Shown piece by piece: positions 56,689 through 64,000 of a stretch of 64,000 nt of DNA. Position 1 is the first letter of the stretch; each line of letters opens with the position of its first letter. Under the pieces are notes generated by a model. That model was not told the DNA's origin. It ran no database searches and was given only the letters and a program-made list of their open reading frames with translations. The translations under genes and the position numbers were made by a program. This stretch comes from Patescibacteria group bacterium (lineage in GTDB: Bacteria > Patescibacteriota > Minisyncoccia > UBA6257 > 2-01-FULL-56-20), in contig JAGXBC010000002.1 in the NCBI GenBank assembly GCA_018971305.1, positions 144,046 through 208,045 of the forward strand, given 5' to 3'.

Positions 56689-59529
56689 ATGCCTAAATAT
56701 GATTCGCAGAAAGTCGAGAAGAAATGGCAAAAGAAGTGGCTGGAGGAGAAAGTTTACGAGCCGGACTTAAAGAACCCGAAGAAGCCGTTCTATAACCTGA
56801 TGATGTTCCCGTATCCGTCGGCAGAAGGTTTGCACGTCGGGAATATGTACGCTTTTACGGGAAGCGATATTTATGGCCGCTATCAGAGGATGCGCGGCAA
56901 TGATGTGTTTGAGCCGATAGGGCTTGATGGCTTCGGCATCCACTCGGAAAATTATGCCCTAAAAGTCGGTACGCATCCAATGGAGCAGGCCAAAGTTTCC
57001 GAAAAGCGTTTTTACGAGCAACTGCAGGCGATAGGCAATGGTTTCGCCTGGGACGAACATCTGGAGACCTATGACCCCGAGTATTATAAGTGGACGCAAT
57101 GGATTTTTACGCAGATGTGGAAGCGGGGATTAGCTTACAGAAAAAAACAAAGGGTTAATTGGTGCCCCAAAGACAAAACGGTTTTAGCGGACGAGCAGGT
57201 TGAGGGCGGCAAGTGCGAGCGCTGCGGCAGCGTTGTTGAAAAACGCGAACTGGAACAGTGGTTTTTCAGGATAACCGCTTATGCAGAAAAGCTTTTGCAG
57301 AATATCGAAAAATTAGATTGGTCCGAAAAAGTTAAAATCGCCCAAAGAAATTGGATAGGCCGTTCGGAAGGCGCGCTTTTGAAGTTCCCGGTTATGGGTT
57401 CAAAGTTATCAATAGAAGTTTTTACCACGCGGCCCGACACTTTGTTCGGTGCGACCTACATGGTTTTAGCGCCGGAACACGCGTTAGTTTTAGAATTGAA
57501 AGAAAAAATATCCAACTGGAAAGATGTTGAAAAATATATAGAGAGTTCCAAAAAGAAAACAGAGGATGAACGAATTGCCGAAGGCAAAGAAAAAACCGGT
57601 GTCGAATTGAAAGGCGTCAAAGCCATAAACCCGGCCAATAAAGAAGAAATTCCCATCTGGCTTGCCGACTACGTTCTTTCCGGCTACGGAACAGGAGCAA
57701 TAATGGCCGTGCCGGCGCAAGACGAGCGAGATTCTGAATTTGCCAAGAAATTTAAACTGCCCATAAGAACAGTCATTGAGCCGATAACCGGTGAACCAAG
57801 AACAGACGAAAGTGAAAGGGCGGGAATAGTGGCAATAGTAGAGGACCCTAAAACCGGTAAAATACTCTCGTTAGATTGGCGTGATGGCGGAGGTGTTCTT
57901 TTTGTCGGTGGAGGCATAGAAAGCGGAGAAGATCTGATACGGTGCGGGGTGCGAGAGATAATAGAAGAAACAGGATATAAAAACTTAAAATTTATTTCAT
58001 CCACAGAAACAATACACCACCATTTCCATGCATTTTCCAAGAACAAGAATAGATACATGCATGCGATCGGTTTATATTTTCAATTGGAAAATGAAGAAAG
58101 AGAAAAAGAACGCTTGGAGGATCATGAAAAAGATAAATTCATTGTTGGATGGATTACTAAGGACGAAGCCGAAAGCAAGGTTAAAGATGCAATGCATCAA
58201 TATATTTTTCAGAAACTAATCCGTGGGAAGTGTTATTCCGGTCCAGGGCTGCTGGCAAATTCTGGAAAATTCTCCGGTATGGATTCCGAAAAAGCCAAAT
58301 GGGAAATAACGAAATTCGTCGGCGGCGAAAAGAAAATCCAATATCGTTTGCGCGATTGGCTTATTTCGCGCCAGCGCTATTGGGGCCCGCCGATACCGAT
58401 GGTTTATTGTGAGGCGTGCGCCAAAGAGAATAAAGGGGAACAAAAGGAAATGCCCGGCTGGTTTGCGGTTCTGGAAAATGAACTGCCTGTTGAGCTCCCT
58501 AAGGTAAAGGATTTTAGGCCGCAGGGTAAGGGGGAGTCGCCGCTAGCATCCGTGAAAGATTTTTACGAAACAACATGCCCTGGTTGCGGCGGCAAGGCGC
58601 GCAGAGAAACAGATGTTTCCGACACGTTCCTGGATTCTGCCTGGTATTATCTCCGCTATCTGGACCCAAAAAATGAAAAAGAAGTTTTTGATAAAAAGAT
58701 AATCAAAAAATGGCTGCCGGCGGAAATGTATATCGGTGGTGCCGAGCACGCCGTATTACACCTTCTTTATGTTCGTTTTATCGCTATGGTTTTCCACGAC
58801 CTGGGTCTTGTTGAATTTGACGAGCCCTTCAAGCGTTTCCGGGCCCACGGGCTTCTGATAAAAGAGGGCGCCAAGATGTCCAAATCAAAAGGCAACGTTG
58901 TAAACCCCGATGAATATATAAAAAAATTCAGCGCCGATGTTCTGCGGATGTACCTTATGTTCCTCGCCCCTTTTGATCAGGGCGGTGATTTCCGCGACGC
59001 GGGGATTCTTGGCATTGAGCGATTCTTAAATAGGACATGGAAATTATATGAAAGCGAAGGCAAGAAAAATAAAACTTCACCGGCCTTTCATCGCGCCGTA
59101 AAAAAAGTTACGGAAGACATTGAGTCGCTTCATTACAACACGGCAATCAGCGCCCTCATGATACTTTTGAACGAATTTGAAAAAGAGGGAATTGCGCCGG
59201 AAGAAAAAGTCGGATTCGTAAAGCTTCTCGCTCCTTTTGCGCCGCACATGGCGGAGGAAATTTGGCGGGAAGTTCTCGGCCATAAAACGTCAATTCATAA
59301 AGAGATGTGGCCGGAATACGACGAGAAGCTGATAAAAGAAGAATCGTTCACGCTTGTTATCCAGATTAACGGCAAAGTGCGCGCAAGTGTTGAAGTTCCA
59401 ATCGATATAAGCGAGAATAGAGCTAAAGAGACCGCGCTGGGAAACGAACGAGTTTGTGCTCTTCTCGATGGCAAAGAGCTGAAAAAAGTAATCTATGTGC
59501 CGAAAAAATTAATTAACATCGTCGTTTAG
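56689..59529 (+). CDS. leuS: Leucyl-tRNA synthetase with a Nudix hydrolase domain inserted in the CP1 editing domain
   Basis: HIGH-type motif PYPSAEGLHVGN, editing motifs TTRPDT and VPAQDERD, KMSKSKGN, C-terminal tRNA-binding domain; about 150 extra residues between ..KFKLPIRTVI and GLLANSGKFSGMD.. containing the Nudix box GGGIESGEDLIRCGVREIIEETGY. Confidence 0.9.
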   Translation: MPKYDSQKVEKKWQKKWLEEKVYEPDLKNPKKPFYNLMMFPYPSAEGLHVGNMYAFTGSDIYGRYQRMRGNDVFEPIGLDGFGIHSENYALKVGTHPMEQAKVSEKRFYEQLQAIGNGFAWDEHLETYDPEYYKWTQWIFTQMWKRGLAYRKKQRVNWCPKDKTVLADEQVEGGKCERCGSVVEKRELEQWFFRITAYAEKLLQNIEKLDWSEKVKIAQRNWIGRSEGALLKFPVMGSKLSIEVFTTRPDTLFGATYMVLAPEHALVLELKEKISNWKDVEKYIESSKKKTEDERIAEGKEKTGVELKGVKAINPANKEEIPIWLADYVLSGYGTGAIMAVPAQDERDSEFAKKFKLPIRTVIEPITGEPRTDESERAGIVAIVEDPKTGKILSLDWRDGGGVLFVGGGIESGEDLIRCGVREIIEETGYKNLKFISSTETIHHHFHAFSKNKNRYMHAIGLYFQLENEEREKERLEDHEKDKFIVGWITKDEAESKVKDAMHQYIFQKLIRGKCYSGPGLLANSGKFSGMDSEKAKWEITKFVGGEKKIQYRLRDWLISRQRYWGPPIPMVYCEACAKENKGEQKEMPGWFAVLENELPVELPKVKDFRPQGKGESPLASVKDFYETTCPGCGGKARRETDVSDTFLDSAWYYLRYLDPKNEKEVFDKKIIKKWLPAEMYIGGAEHAVLHLLYVRFIAMVFHDLGLVEFDEPFKRFRAHGLLIKEGAKMSKSKGNVVNPDEYIKKFSADVLRMYLMFLAPFDQGGDFRDAGILGIERFLNRTWKLYESEGKKNKTSPAFHRAVKKVTEDIESLHYNTAISALMILLNEFEKEGIAPEEKVGFVKLLAPFAPHMAEEIWREVLGHKTSIHKEMWPEYDEKLIKEESFTLVIQINGKVRASVEVPIDISENRAKETALGNERVCALLDGKELKKVIYVPKKLINIVV

Positions 59530-59559
59530 GGATTTATTTGCAGTTTAATAATTGTTTCC

Positions 59560-60495
59560 ATGATGGGTCCGAAAATTATAGTTATATTGGTTTTGGTGGT
59601 GCTGGTTGGCGGCATAGTTTTTGTGGCGCGCAGCGGTGTTTTCAGCAAGCTTGGTTCGCTCAATCTAAAATCCGTATTTCCTTTAGGAGGTGCTACTACC
59701 GCTAATTCCACGAGTACTTCGCCTAAACCGCAAAACAGCACAACGACAAAGCCAAACATTAGCACGAGTACTGTTGCTACTAAGACGACGTCCACCGTGT
59801 CGTCTGTGGTTGGCCATGCAACCATAAAGCCATCGGACATTCCGGCGGGATTTACCGCGGAGGACATGTCGCCGTATTTCCATCAGGTTCGTTTCAATTC
59901 CGTGTCCACGAGTAAGGTATCGCTTGCCGCTAAATTCAGCGGTCCGGGAGCTATCGACGTGACTGACTGGCTGATTAAGGCCAACAGGGGTTCGCAGGTG
60001 GTAGGCACGGCGATAAATATCTATTACCCGGTCGGCGATAATCCGGAGGGTGATGTCTATCTTTCAAGCAGCAATGTTTTGAATATGTACATTGGCACGA
60101 ATTCCGTGGGTCCTAACCTGCGTCTCAACAAATGCATAGGTTATCTAAAAGGATCCTTCCAATATAATCCATCTTTGCCTGGTGGTTGCCCGGCTCCTTA
60201 CAGCAGCAAGTCAGACCTCTCGTCGTTCACCGGCCAGTGCCAGAATTATATTACTTCTTTGGGTTCCTGCCAGGTTCCGAAATCAAACGTTCTGCTTCCT
60301 CAGAATGATTATGCCTGCCTTGCTTTCATACAAAACATCAGTTATCGGAGTTGTTTTAATACTCATGCAGGCGACAGCAACTTTTTGAGTAACGAATGGC
60401 GGATGTGGGTCAGTGGAAAATTTTTGGACTCGAAGCATGATGTCGTAAAACTTTTGGATAGAAATGGGAAATTAGTTGATTTATATAGTTATTAA
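59560..60495 (+). CDS. Hypothetical secreted/anchored protein with Thr/Ser-rich linker and Cys-containing C-terminal domain
   Basis: N-terminal TM (IIVILVLVVLVGGIVFVA), low-complexity T/S stretch, eight or more Cys. Confidence 0.4.
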   Translation: MMGPKIIVILVLVVLVGGIVFVARSGVFSKLGSLNLKSVFPLGGATTANSTSTSPKPQNSTTTKPNISTSTVATKTTSTVSSVVGHATIKPSDIPAGFTAEDMSPYFHQVRFNSVSTSKVSLAAKFSGPGAIDVTDWLIKANRGSQVVGTAINIYYPVGDNPEGDVYLSSSNVLNMYIGTNSVGPNLRLNKCIGYLKGSFQYNPSLPGGCPAPYSSKSDLSSFTGQCQNYITSLGSCQVPKSNVLLPQNDYACLAFIQNISYRSCFNTHAGDSNFLSNEWRMWVSGKFLDSKHDVVKLLDRNGKLVDLYSY

Positions 60496-60500
60496 AGAAC

Positions 60501-60860
60501 ATGGAGCGCGGAATTCGTAATACAATAAGAGAAATAGTTTTGCGGTTCAGAGCCAAAGACATTGGTTTTAAGAGAATAAAATCAGGATTAAAAACCGTTG
60601 AAACTCGCGCGGCTACAAAAAAATACCGCGATTTTAAGGCGGGGGACAAGCTAATCTTTGTCTGCGGCAATGAACGGTTCGGTAGGAAGATAACCAAAGT
60701 CCAGCACTTCGGGGGGATCGCCGCTATGCTTAAAAAAGTTCCTTATAAAAAAATCAACCCACTTTTTATATCTCTCGCCGCCGCCAAAAAAATTTATTAT
60801 GGTTATCCCGGCTATAAAGAAAAAATCAAAAAATTCGGGATTATAGCTCTTTATATTTAA
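60501..60860 (+). CDS. ASCH (PUA-like) domain protein
   Basis: ..FKRIKSGLKTVETR.. hallmark of ASCH domains; 119 aa. Confidence 0.5.
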   Translation: MERGIRNTIREIVLRFRAKDIGFKRIKSGLKTVETRAATKKYRDFKAGDKLIFVCGNERFGRKITKVQHFGGIAAMLKKVPYKKINPLFISLAAAKKIYYGYPGYKEKIKKFGIIALYI

Positions 60861-60872
60861 CCAAGCCCGGTT

Positions 60873-61922
60873 TTATTTCCTTTCCACCAATGCCAGCTTG
60901 ATCTTGAATTGTTTGTCGCCGCGCAAAACAAGGAGTTCCGCGCTGTCGCCGACATCCATATTCTCCAGAAAATCCTGTATTGGATGTTCTTTGTCCAATT
61001 TTTTCGCATTGAATTCCAAAATAATATCCTTTTCTTTAAGGCCGGCTTTTTCCGCCGGGCTGCCGGGGACAACGCCGTGGTCGTTCTGGCTTTCGGCGAT
61101 AACAAGCGCGCCGTAATTTACGGGCAGATTCATTTTGTCTCTCATATTGTCGTCAACCATCATGTAGCGCACGCCCAAAAGCGGCCTGCGGATGCGGCCG
61201 TATTTTTTTATGTCGTCCAGGTCACGCCTCGCGGCGTTTACTGGAATCGCAAAGCCAATGTTCTGCGCGCCAAAAACGATTGCGGCGTTAACGCCGATAA
61301 CAAGGCCATCTAAGTCAACTAGCGGCCCCCCTGAATTTCCTGGATTTATGGCGGCATCTGTTTGAATCAGCCCGCGCATTTCCTGCGGGGGAGCGTCGGG
61401 TTCTGCCTGAGCAGAAATTGAGCGCGAGAGGCCGGAGACGATTCCTAATGAAACAGTATTTTTAAATATTCCCAAAGCGTTGCCGATGGCGATTACACTT
61501 TCCCCGAGTTCCAGGGTTGTCGCGTCGCCTAATTTCAGAAACGAGAGATTATCCGCCGGTATTTTTATTATCGCTACATCGTTTATCGGATCGCGGCTTA
61601 AAACTTCCGCTGGGAATTTTCTGCCATCATTTAGAATCACCGTATATTCCGCCTTGGAGTCGGCGATAACATGTTTATTTGTAAGTATGACTCCGGTTTT
61701 ATCCACTATAAATCCCGAACCGCCTCCTATCTGGACCATCCCGCGCTTATCAACGAGTTCCGGTGGGATATCAAGCTTTTTACCATCGGGAGTTCCCGGC
61801 AAAAATGGATAGAGCTCCTTGGGAATTTCTTTTTCCAAATCTTCCAGATGCTTGGCGATAGCGATAGAAACCACCGCCGGCATAACTTTTTTTATCGTGG
61901 CGATTACGATTTTATCTTGCAT
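60873..61922 (-). CDS. htrA: HtrA/DegP-family serine protease with PDZ domain
   Basis: Catalytic triad contexts (..TNKHV.., ..D.AI.., GNSGGPLVD) and a C-terminal PDZ domain. Confidence 0.85.
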   Translation of the reverse strand: MQDKIVIATIKKVMPAVVSIAIAKHLEDLEKEIPKELYPFLPGTPDGKKLDIPPELVDKRGMVQIGGGSGFIVDKTGVILTNKHVIADSKAEYTVILNDGRKFPAEVLSRDPINDVAIIKIPADNLSFLKLGDATTLELGESVIAIGNALGIFKNTVSLGIVSGLSRSISAQAEPDAPPQEMRGLIQTDAAINPGNSGGPLVDLDGLVIGVNAAIVFGAQNIGFAIPVNAARRDLDDIKKYGRIRRPLLGVRYMMVDDNMRDKMNLPVNYGALVIAESQNDHGVVPGSPAEKAGLKEKDIILEFNAKKLDKEHPIQDFLENMDVGDSAELLVLRGDKQFKIKLALVERK

Positions 61923-61988
61923 TACTCTATTGTATCACAAATAAAAACCGATAGGTCCCATTTATGACGCTTGTATAGAAATTTTTTG

Positions 61989-62060
61989 TGCCCTCGGAGG
62001 GAATTGAACCCCCATCTCTTCCTTAGGACGGAATAGCTCTATCCGTTGAGCTACGAGGGC
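61989..62060 (-). tRNA. tRNA-Arg(CCU)
   Basis: Reverse complement folds as gccctcg-ta-gctc..gagc-t-attcc-gtCCTaa-ggaag-agat-ggggg ttcaatt ccctc-cgagggc-a; acceptor stem perfectly paired. Confidence 0.7.
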
Positions 62061-62122
62061 GAAAATTGTCAGAACTTCATTTTTTTTATACTATACAGGA
62101 GATATAAATATTAGTTAAGCGG

Positions 62123-62193
62123 GGGCCTATAGTATAGTGGCAGAACGCCTCCATGGCATGGAGGAGGTGGGGGTTCGATTCCCCCTAGGTCCA
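62123..62193 (+). tRNA. tRNA-Ala(GGC)
   Basis: gggccta/taggtcc acceptor stem with the G3:U70 Ala identity pair, discriminator A73, anticodon loop auGGCau, T-arm ggggg ttcgatt ccccc; D-stem has one mismatch. Confidence 0.7.
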
Positions 62194-62336
62194 CATAAAG
62201 AGGAATTGAACGCCGGAGCCAAAATTTCCAGTAGGAAATGTTAGCGAGGCGGTGCCCAGACCGCGCACGACCTGCCGGACGTCAGGCGGGACGGCGGCTA
62301 GCGCGAGAGTCGCGGGCGATTCCCCCTAGGTCCACA
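62176..62336 (+). repeat. 20-nt direct repeat cgattccccctaggtccaca (62176-62195 = tRNA-Ala 3' end; 62317-62336) flanking a 121-nt GC-rich segment
   Basis: Exact 20/20 match read directly; the second copy cannot form a T-arm and is a non-functional 3' duplicate. Confidence 0.6.
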
Positions 62337-62338
62337 AG

Positions 62339-62426
62339 GGTGGGGTGGCCGAGTGGTTGAAGGCGACGGTCTTGAAAACCGTTATACCCCAAAAGGGTAT
62401 CGTGAGTTCGAATCTCACCCCCACCG
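62339..62426 (+). tRNA. tRNA-Ser(UGA)
   Basis: ggtgggg acceptor, 3-bp D-stem (class II), anticodon loop cuUGAaa, long variable arm, T-arm gtgag ttcgaat ctcac, discriminator G. Confidence 0.8.
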
Positions 62427-62433
62427 CAGGGTC

Positions 62434-62470
62434 GGGCACCGATGCGAGAGATCGATGCCCCTTATTTTTC
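62434..62470 (+). terminator. Terminator after the tRNA cluster (gggcaccgat...atcgatgccc hairpin plus T-tract)
   Basis: 10-bp stem with one mismatch followed by cttatttttc. Confidence 0.55.
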
Positions 62471-62741
62471 AATACTTTTTGAAAATCTTTTGAACGGCAA
62501 AAATGAGCAGGGAGAAGAGATTCGAACTTTTACTCTGGTCTGAGCATCGGCTAATATTGAGATATCACTCGCCATGAATAAAAACAGCCCCAAATTCGTT
62601 GAATTTCGCCCAAACGAAAATATAAATTTCCTATAACATGCGCACGGGCGGGATGGGGCGAGTGTTATATACTAAAAGTATTCGGCCTCCTCTCCAAAAA
62701 ACTCTCCCTAAAAAATACGGTTAGTTTGAGGGTAAAACAAA

Positions 62742-62775
62742 CAAAAAACACCGTTTTTGAAGCGGTGTTTTTGTT
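62742..62775. terminator. Bidirectional terminator hairpin acaccg tttttgaag cggtgt flanked by A6 and T5
   Basis: Read directly; 3' of minus gene 62780-63427. Confidence 0.6.
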
Positions 62776-62779
62776 CGGG

Positions 62780-63427
62780 TTAGCGAGAGTTTATTTGTCC
62801 CTGCAACACCTTTATCTGATCCAAAATATTTTGAATCTGTTGCTGGATATTGCTCGCGTTGTTTGTATTTGCCGATGACGATTCCGTATTGGTTCCGCCA
62901 TTTTCTCCCTCGCCTCCGTTCTTCTGCTGATTACTTTGCCCGTTTTCACCCTCACTCGTATTCCCCTGTCCACCCTCCATCTCCGTCTCTCTATTGCTGA
63001 GTTCTTGCGTATCACCGAGCGAATAATCTCTGATTACTTGGCCGTTCACGGTAAGCTCGTGATTCGCATCTACCGATCCCGAGACCCCTACTTCGTCTCC
63101 GGATTTAAGAACGCTGGACAAGATCACCTGACCGCCGCCAGCGCCATTCTGCAAAAGAAATTCCAATCCTGAAGCGTCGACGATATTGACCGTCCAGGAG
63201 GTTCCCCAGACTTTGCCGACAAAAGAATTACCACTCACGCTTTCTACAACCATGCCGTGAGCCAAAAATCTTCCTTCGGGATTAATGCTCAGCTCTGCCG
63301 GTCTGAATAACTGGGGCGGCGTGGATGGAGATGCCGGCGGAGTGGAAGTAGCGGTCTGAGCCATGGCCAAAGAAACAAGACCCGCTGTTGCTGCCATCGC
63401 AAGCGCGCCAATAAAATATTTTTTCAT
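62780..63427 (-). CDS. Secreted hypothetical protein with Gly/Glu/Asn-rich C-terminus
   Basis: Signal peptide MKKYFIGALAMAATAGLVSLAMA|Q, Pro/Ser/Thr stretch, low-complexity tail. Confidence 0.5.
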   Translation of the reverse strand: MKKYFIGALAMAATAGLVSLAMAQTATSTPPASPSTPPQLFRPAELSINPEGRFLAHGMVVESVSGNSFVGKVWGTSWTVNIVDASGLEFLLQNGAGGGQVILSSVLKSGDEVGVSGSVDANHELTVNGQVIRDYSLGDTQELSNRETEMEGGQGNTSEGENGQSNQQKNGGEGENGGTNTESSSANTNNASNIQQQIQNILDQIKVLQGQINSR

Positions 63428-63552
63428 GGGTTTTATATTTTTATAAACAAACCGACCTTTACTTGCCTTGATTTAATTCTACCATATTTATTATATTACG
63501 CTCATCAAAGATTTCGGGGTGGCCCCACTTGTGGCAATCCTATACCGAAGAG

Positions 63553-63852
63553 CTAGATCGGTCTTTGCCGTTTGTTAAATACGAAATAACACGTGAGTCC
63601 GGCAGCGATAATAATCAGTACACTTCCTGCAATATCCACCGGGTGATGGATGCCGGAATAGACTCTGGCGAAGCCGATCAATAATGCGAGTAGAAAGAGA
63701 ATGGCGCTACCCCTCCGGACAGGATTCGAACCGATTTGAGGCGAAGACGAAAATAAAAAGTAAGGTTTTTCAATACTTTTTTTAAATTTAGTGAGAGTCG
63801 GTTCGCCTCCGCCAAGACAGCGACTTTCCCAGATTAAACACTCATCTTCCAA
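63553..63852 (-). pseudogene. Probable truncated PAP2-family phosphatase (only the C-terminal third is recognisable)
   Basis: C-terminal ..FARVYSGIHHPVDIAGSVLIIIAAG.. matches the PAP2 C3 motif (SGH..R...H...D); the N-terminal 45 aa of the ORF are unrelated; upstream DNA contains a T-arm-like ggattcgaacc string. Confidence 0.3.
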
Positions 63853-64000
63853 GAATTTTGCAACGGCTTGCTAAAGCGCCAATCTAGACCGACCCACGCC
63901 GCCAATTTATTTTAGTAAAAATAGAAAATTTCTGGAGTGCGAAGTCGTTTTTTAATTTTGTTATTATTAAGGAGATATCCAAGGTTCTTGCATATGCCCA

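Noticed and set aside
56689-59529. Initial impression that the LeuRS editing (CP1) domain is truncated
   Set aside because: Collinear comparison with E. coli LeuRS (from memory) shows that the TTRPDT-to-GTGAIMAVPAQDERD spacing and both editing Asp residues are conserved. The extra length is entirely the Nudix insertion, not a deletion elsewhere.
62196-62316. Possibility that the GC-rich 121-nt insert is the SRP (4.5S) RNA
   Set aside because: Only a loose resemblance to the domain IV consensus (gtcagg...); a closing helix and GNRA loop could not be convincingly identified by eye. Kept only as something to test with Infernal.
63725-63745. ggattcgaacc string (T-loop consensus on the minus strand), considered as a third intron-containing tRNA
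   Set aside because: Flanking bases do not give a paired T-stem or an acceptor stem; no matching 5' half was found within 200 nt.
1-64000. CRISPR arrays, IS elements/transposases, integrases, toxin-antitoxin pairs, rRNA genes
   Set aside because: No regularly spaced direct repeats with unique spacers, no transposase/integrase/recombinase-like ORFs and no rRNA-like sequence were seen anywhere in the window.

Overview
This 64-kb window is AT-rich and gene-dense, and its gene content and streamlined organisation resemble a Candidate Phyla Radiation (Patescibacteria/Parcubacteria-like) genome; it uses the standard genetic code (TGA, TAA and TAG all end long ORFs). All calls below come from reading the sequence and ORF translations by eye, with no database search run.

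- **Type IV pilus locus (1..10.8 kb):** PilB ATPase (5'-partial), PilC, two prepilin-type proteins, a PilM-PilN fusion, and an 1106-aa secreted LamG/FN3 surface protein. Two copies of a TAGAAAN heptamer repeat module sit at gene starts within this locus.
- **Housekeeping block:** pth, lepB, hisS, HIT, rpsU, yqeY, ybeY, ftsA, ftsZ.
- **Further genes on the minus strand:** an RmuC-like protein and an RRM RNA-binding protein.
- **Central and stress genes:** typA; a class II ribonucleotide reductase with an ATP-cone; an ECF-like sigma factor; an orphan receiver domain; a BFN nuclease.
- **Sugar-phosphate genes:** gap, rpiB, rpe, a split transketolase, a PfkB-family kinase, class II fba.
- **Translation and quality-control genes:** rplY, an M16 peptidase, metG, tatD, leuS, htrA.
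- **tRNA cluster (61.9–62.5 kb):** Arg-CCU, Ala-GGC, Ser-UGA.

The three most interesting features:
1. A tRNA-Asn(GUU) gene interrupted in its anticodon loop by a 289-nt group I intron with recognisable P, Q, R and S core elements.
2. A leucyl-tRNA synthetase carrying a complete Nudix hydrolase domain, with a perfect Nudix box, inserted inside its CP1 editing domain.
3. A 20-nt duplication of the tRNA-Ala 3' end flanking a 121-nt GC-rich insert.
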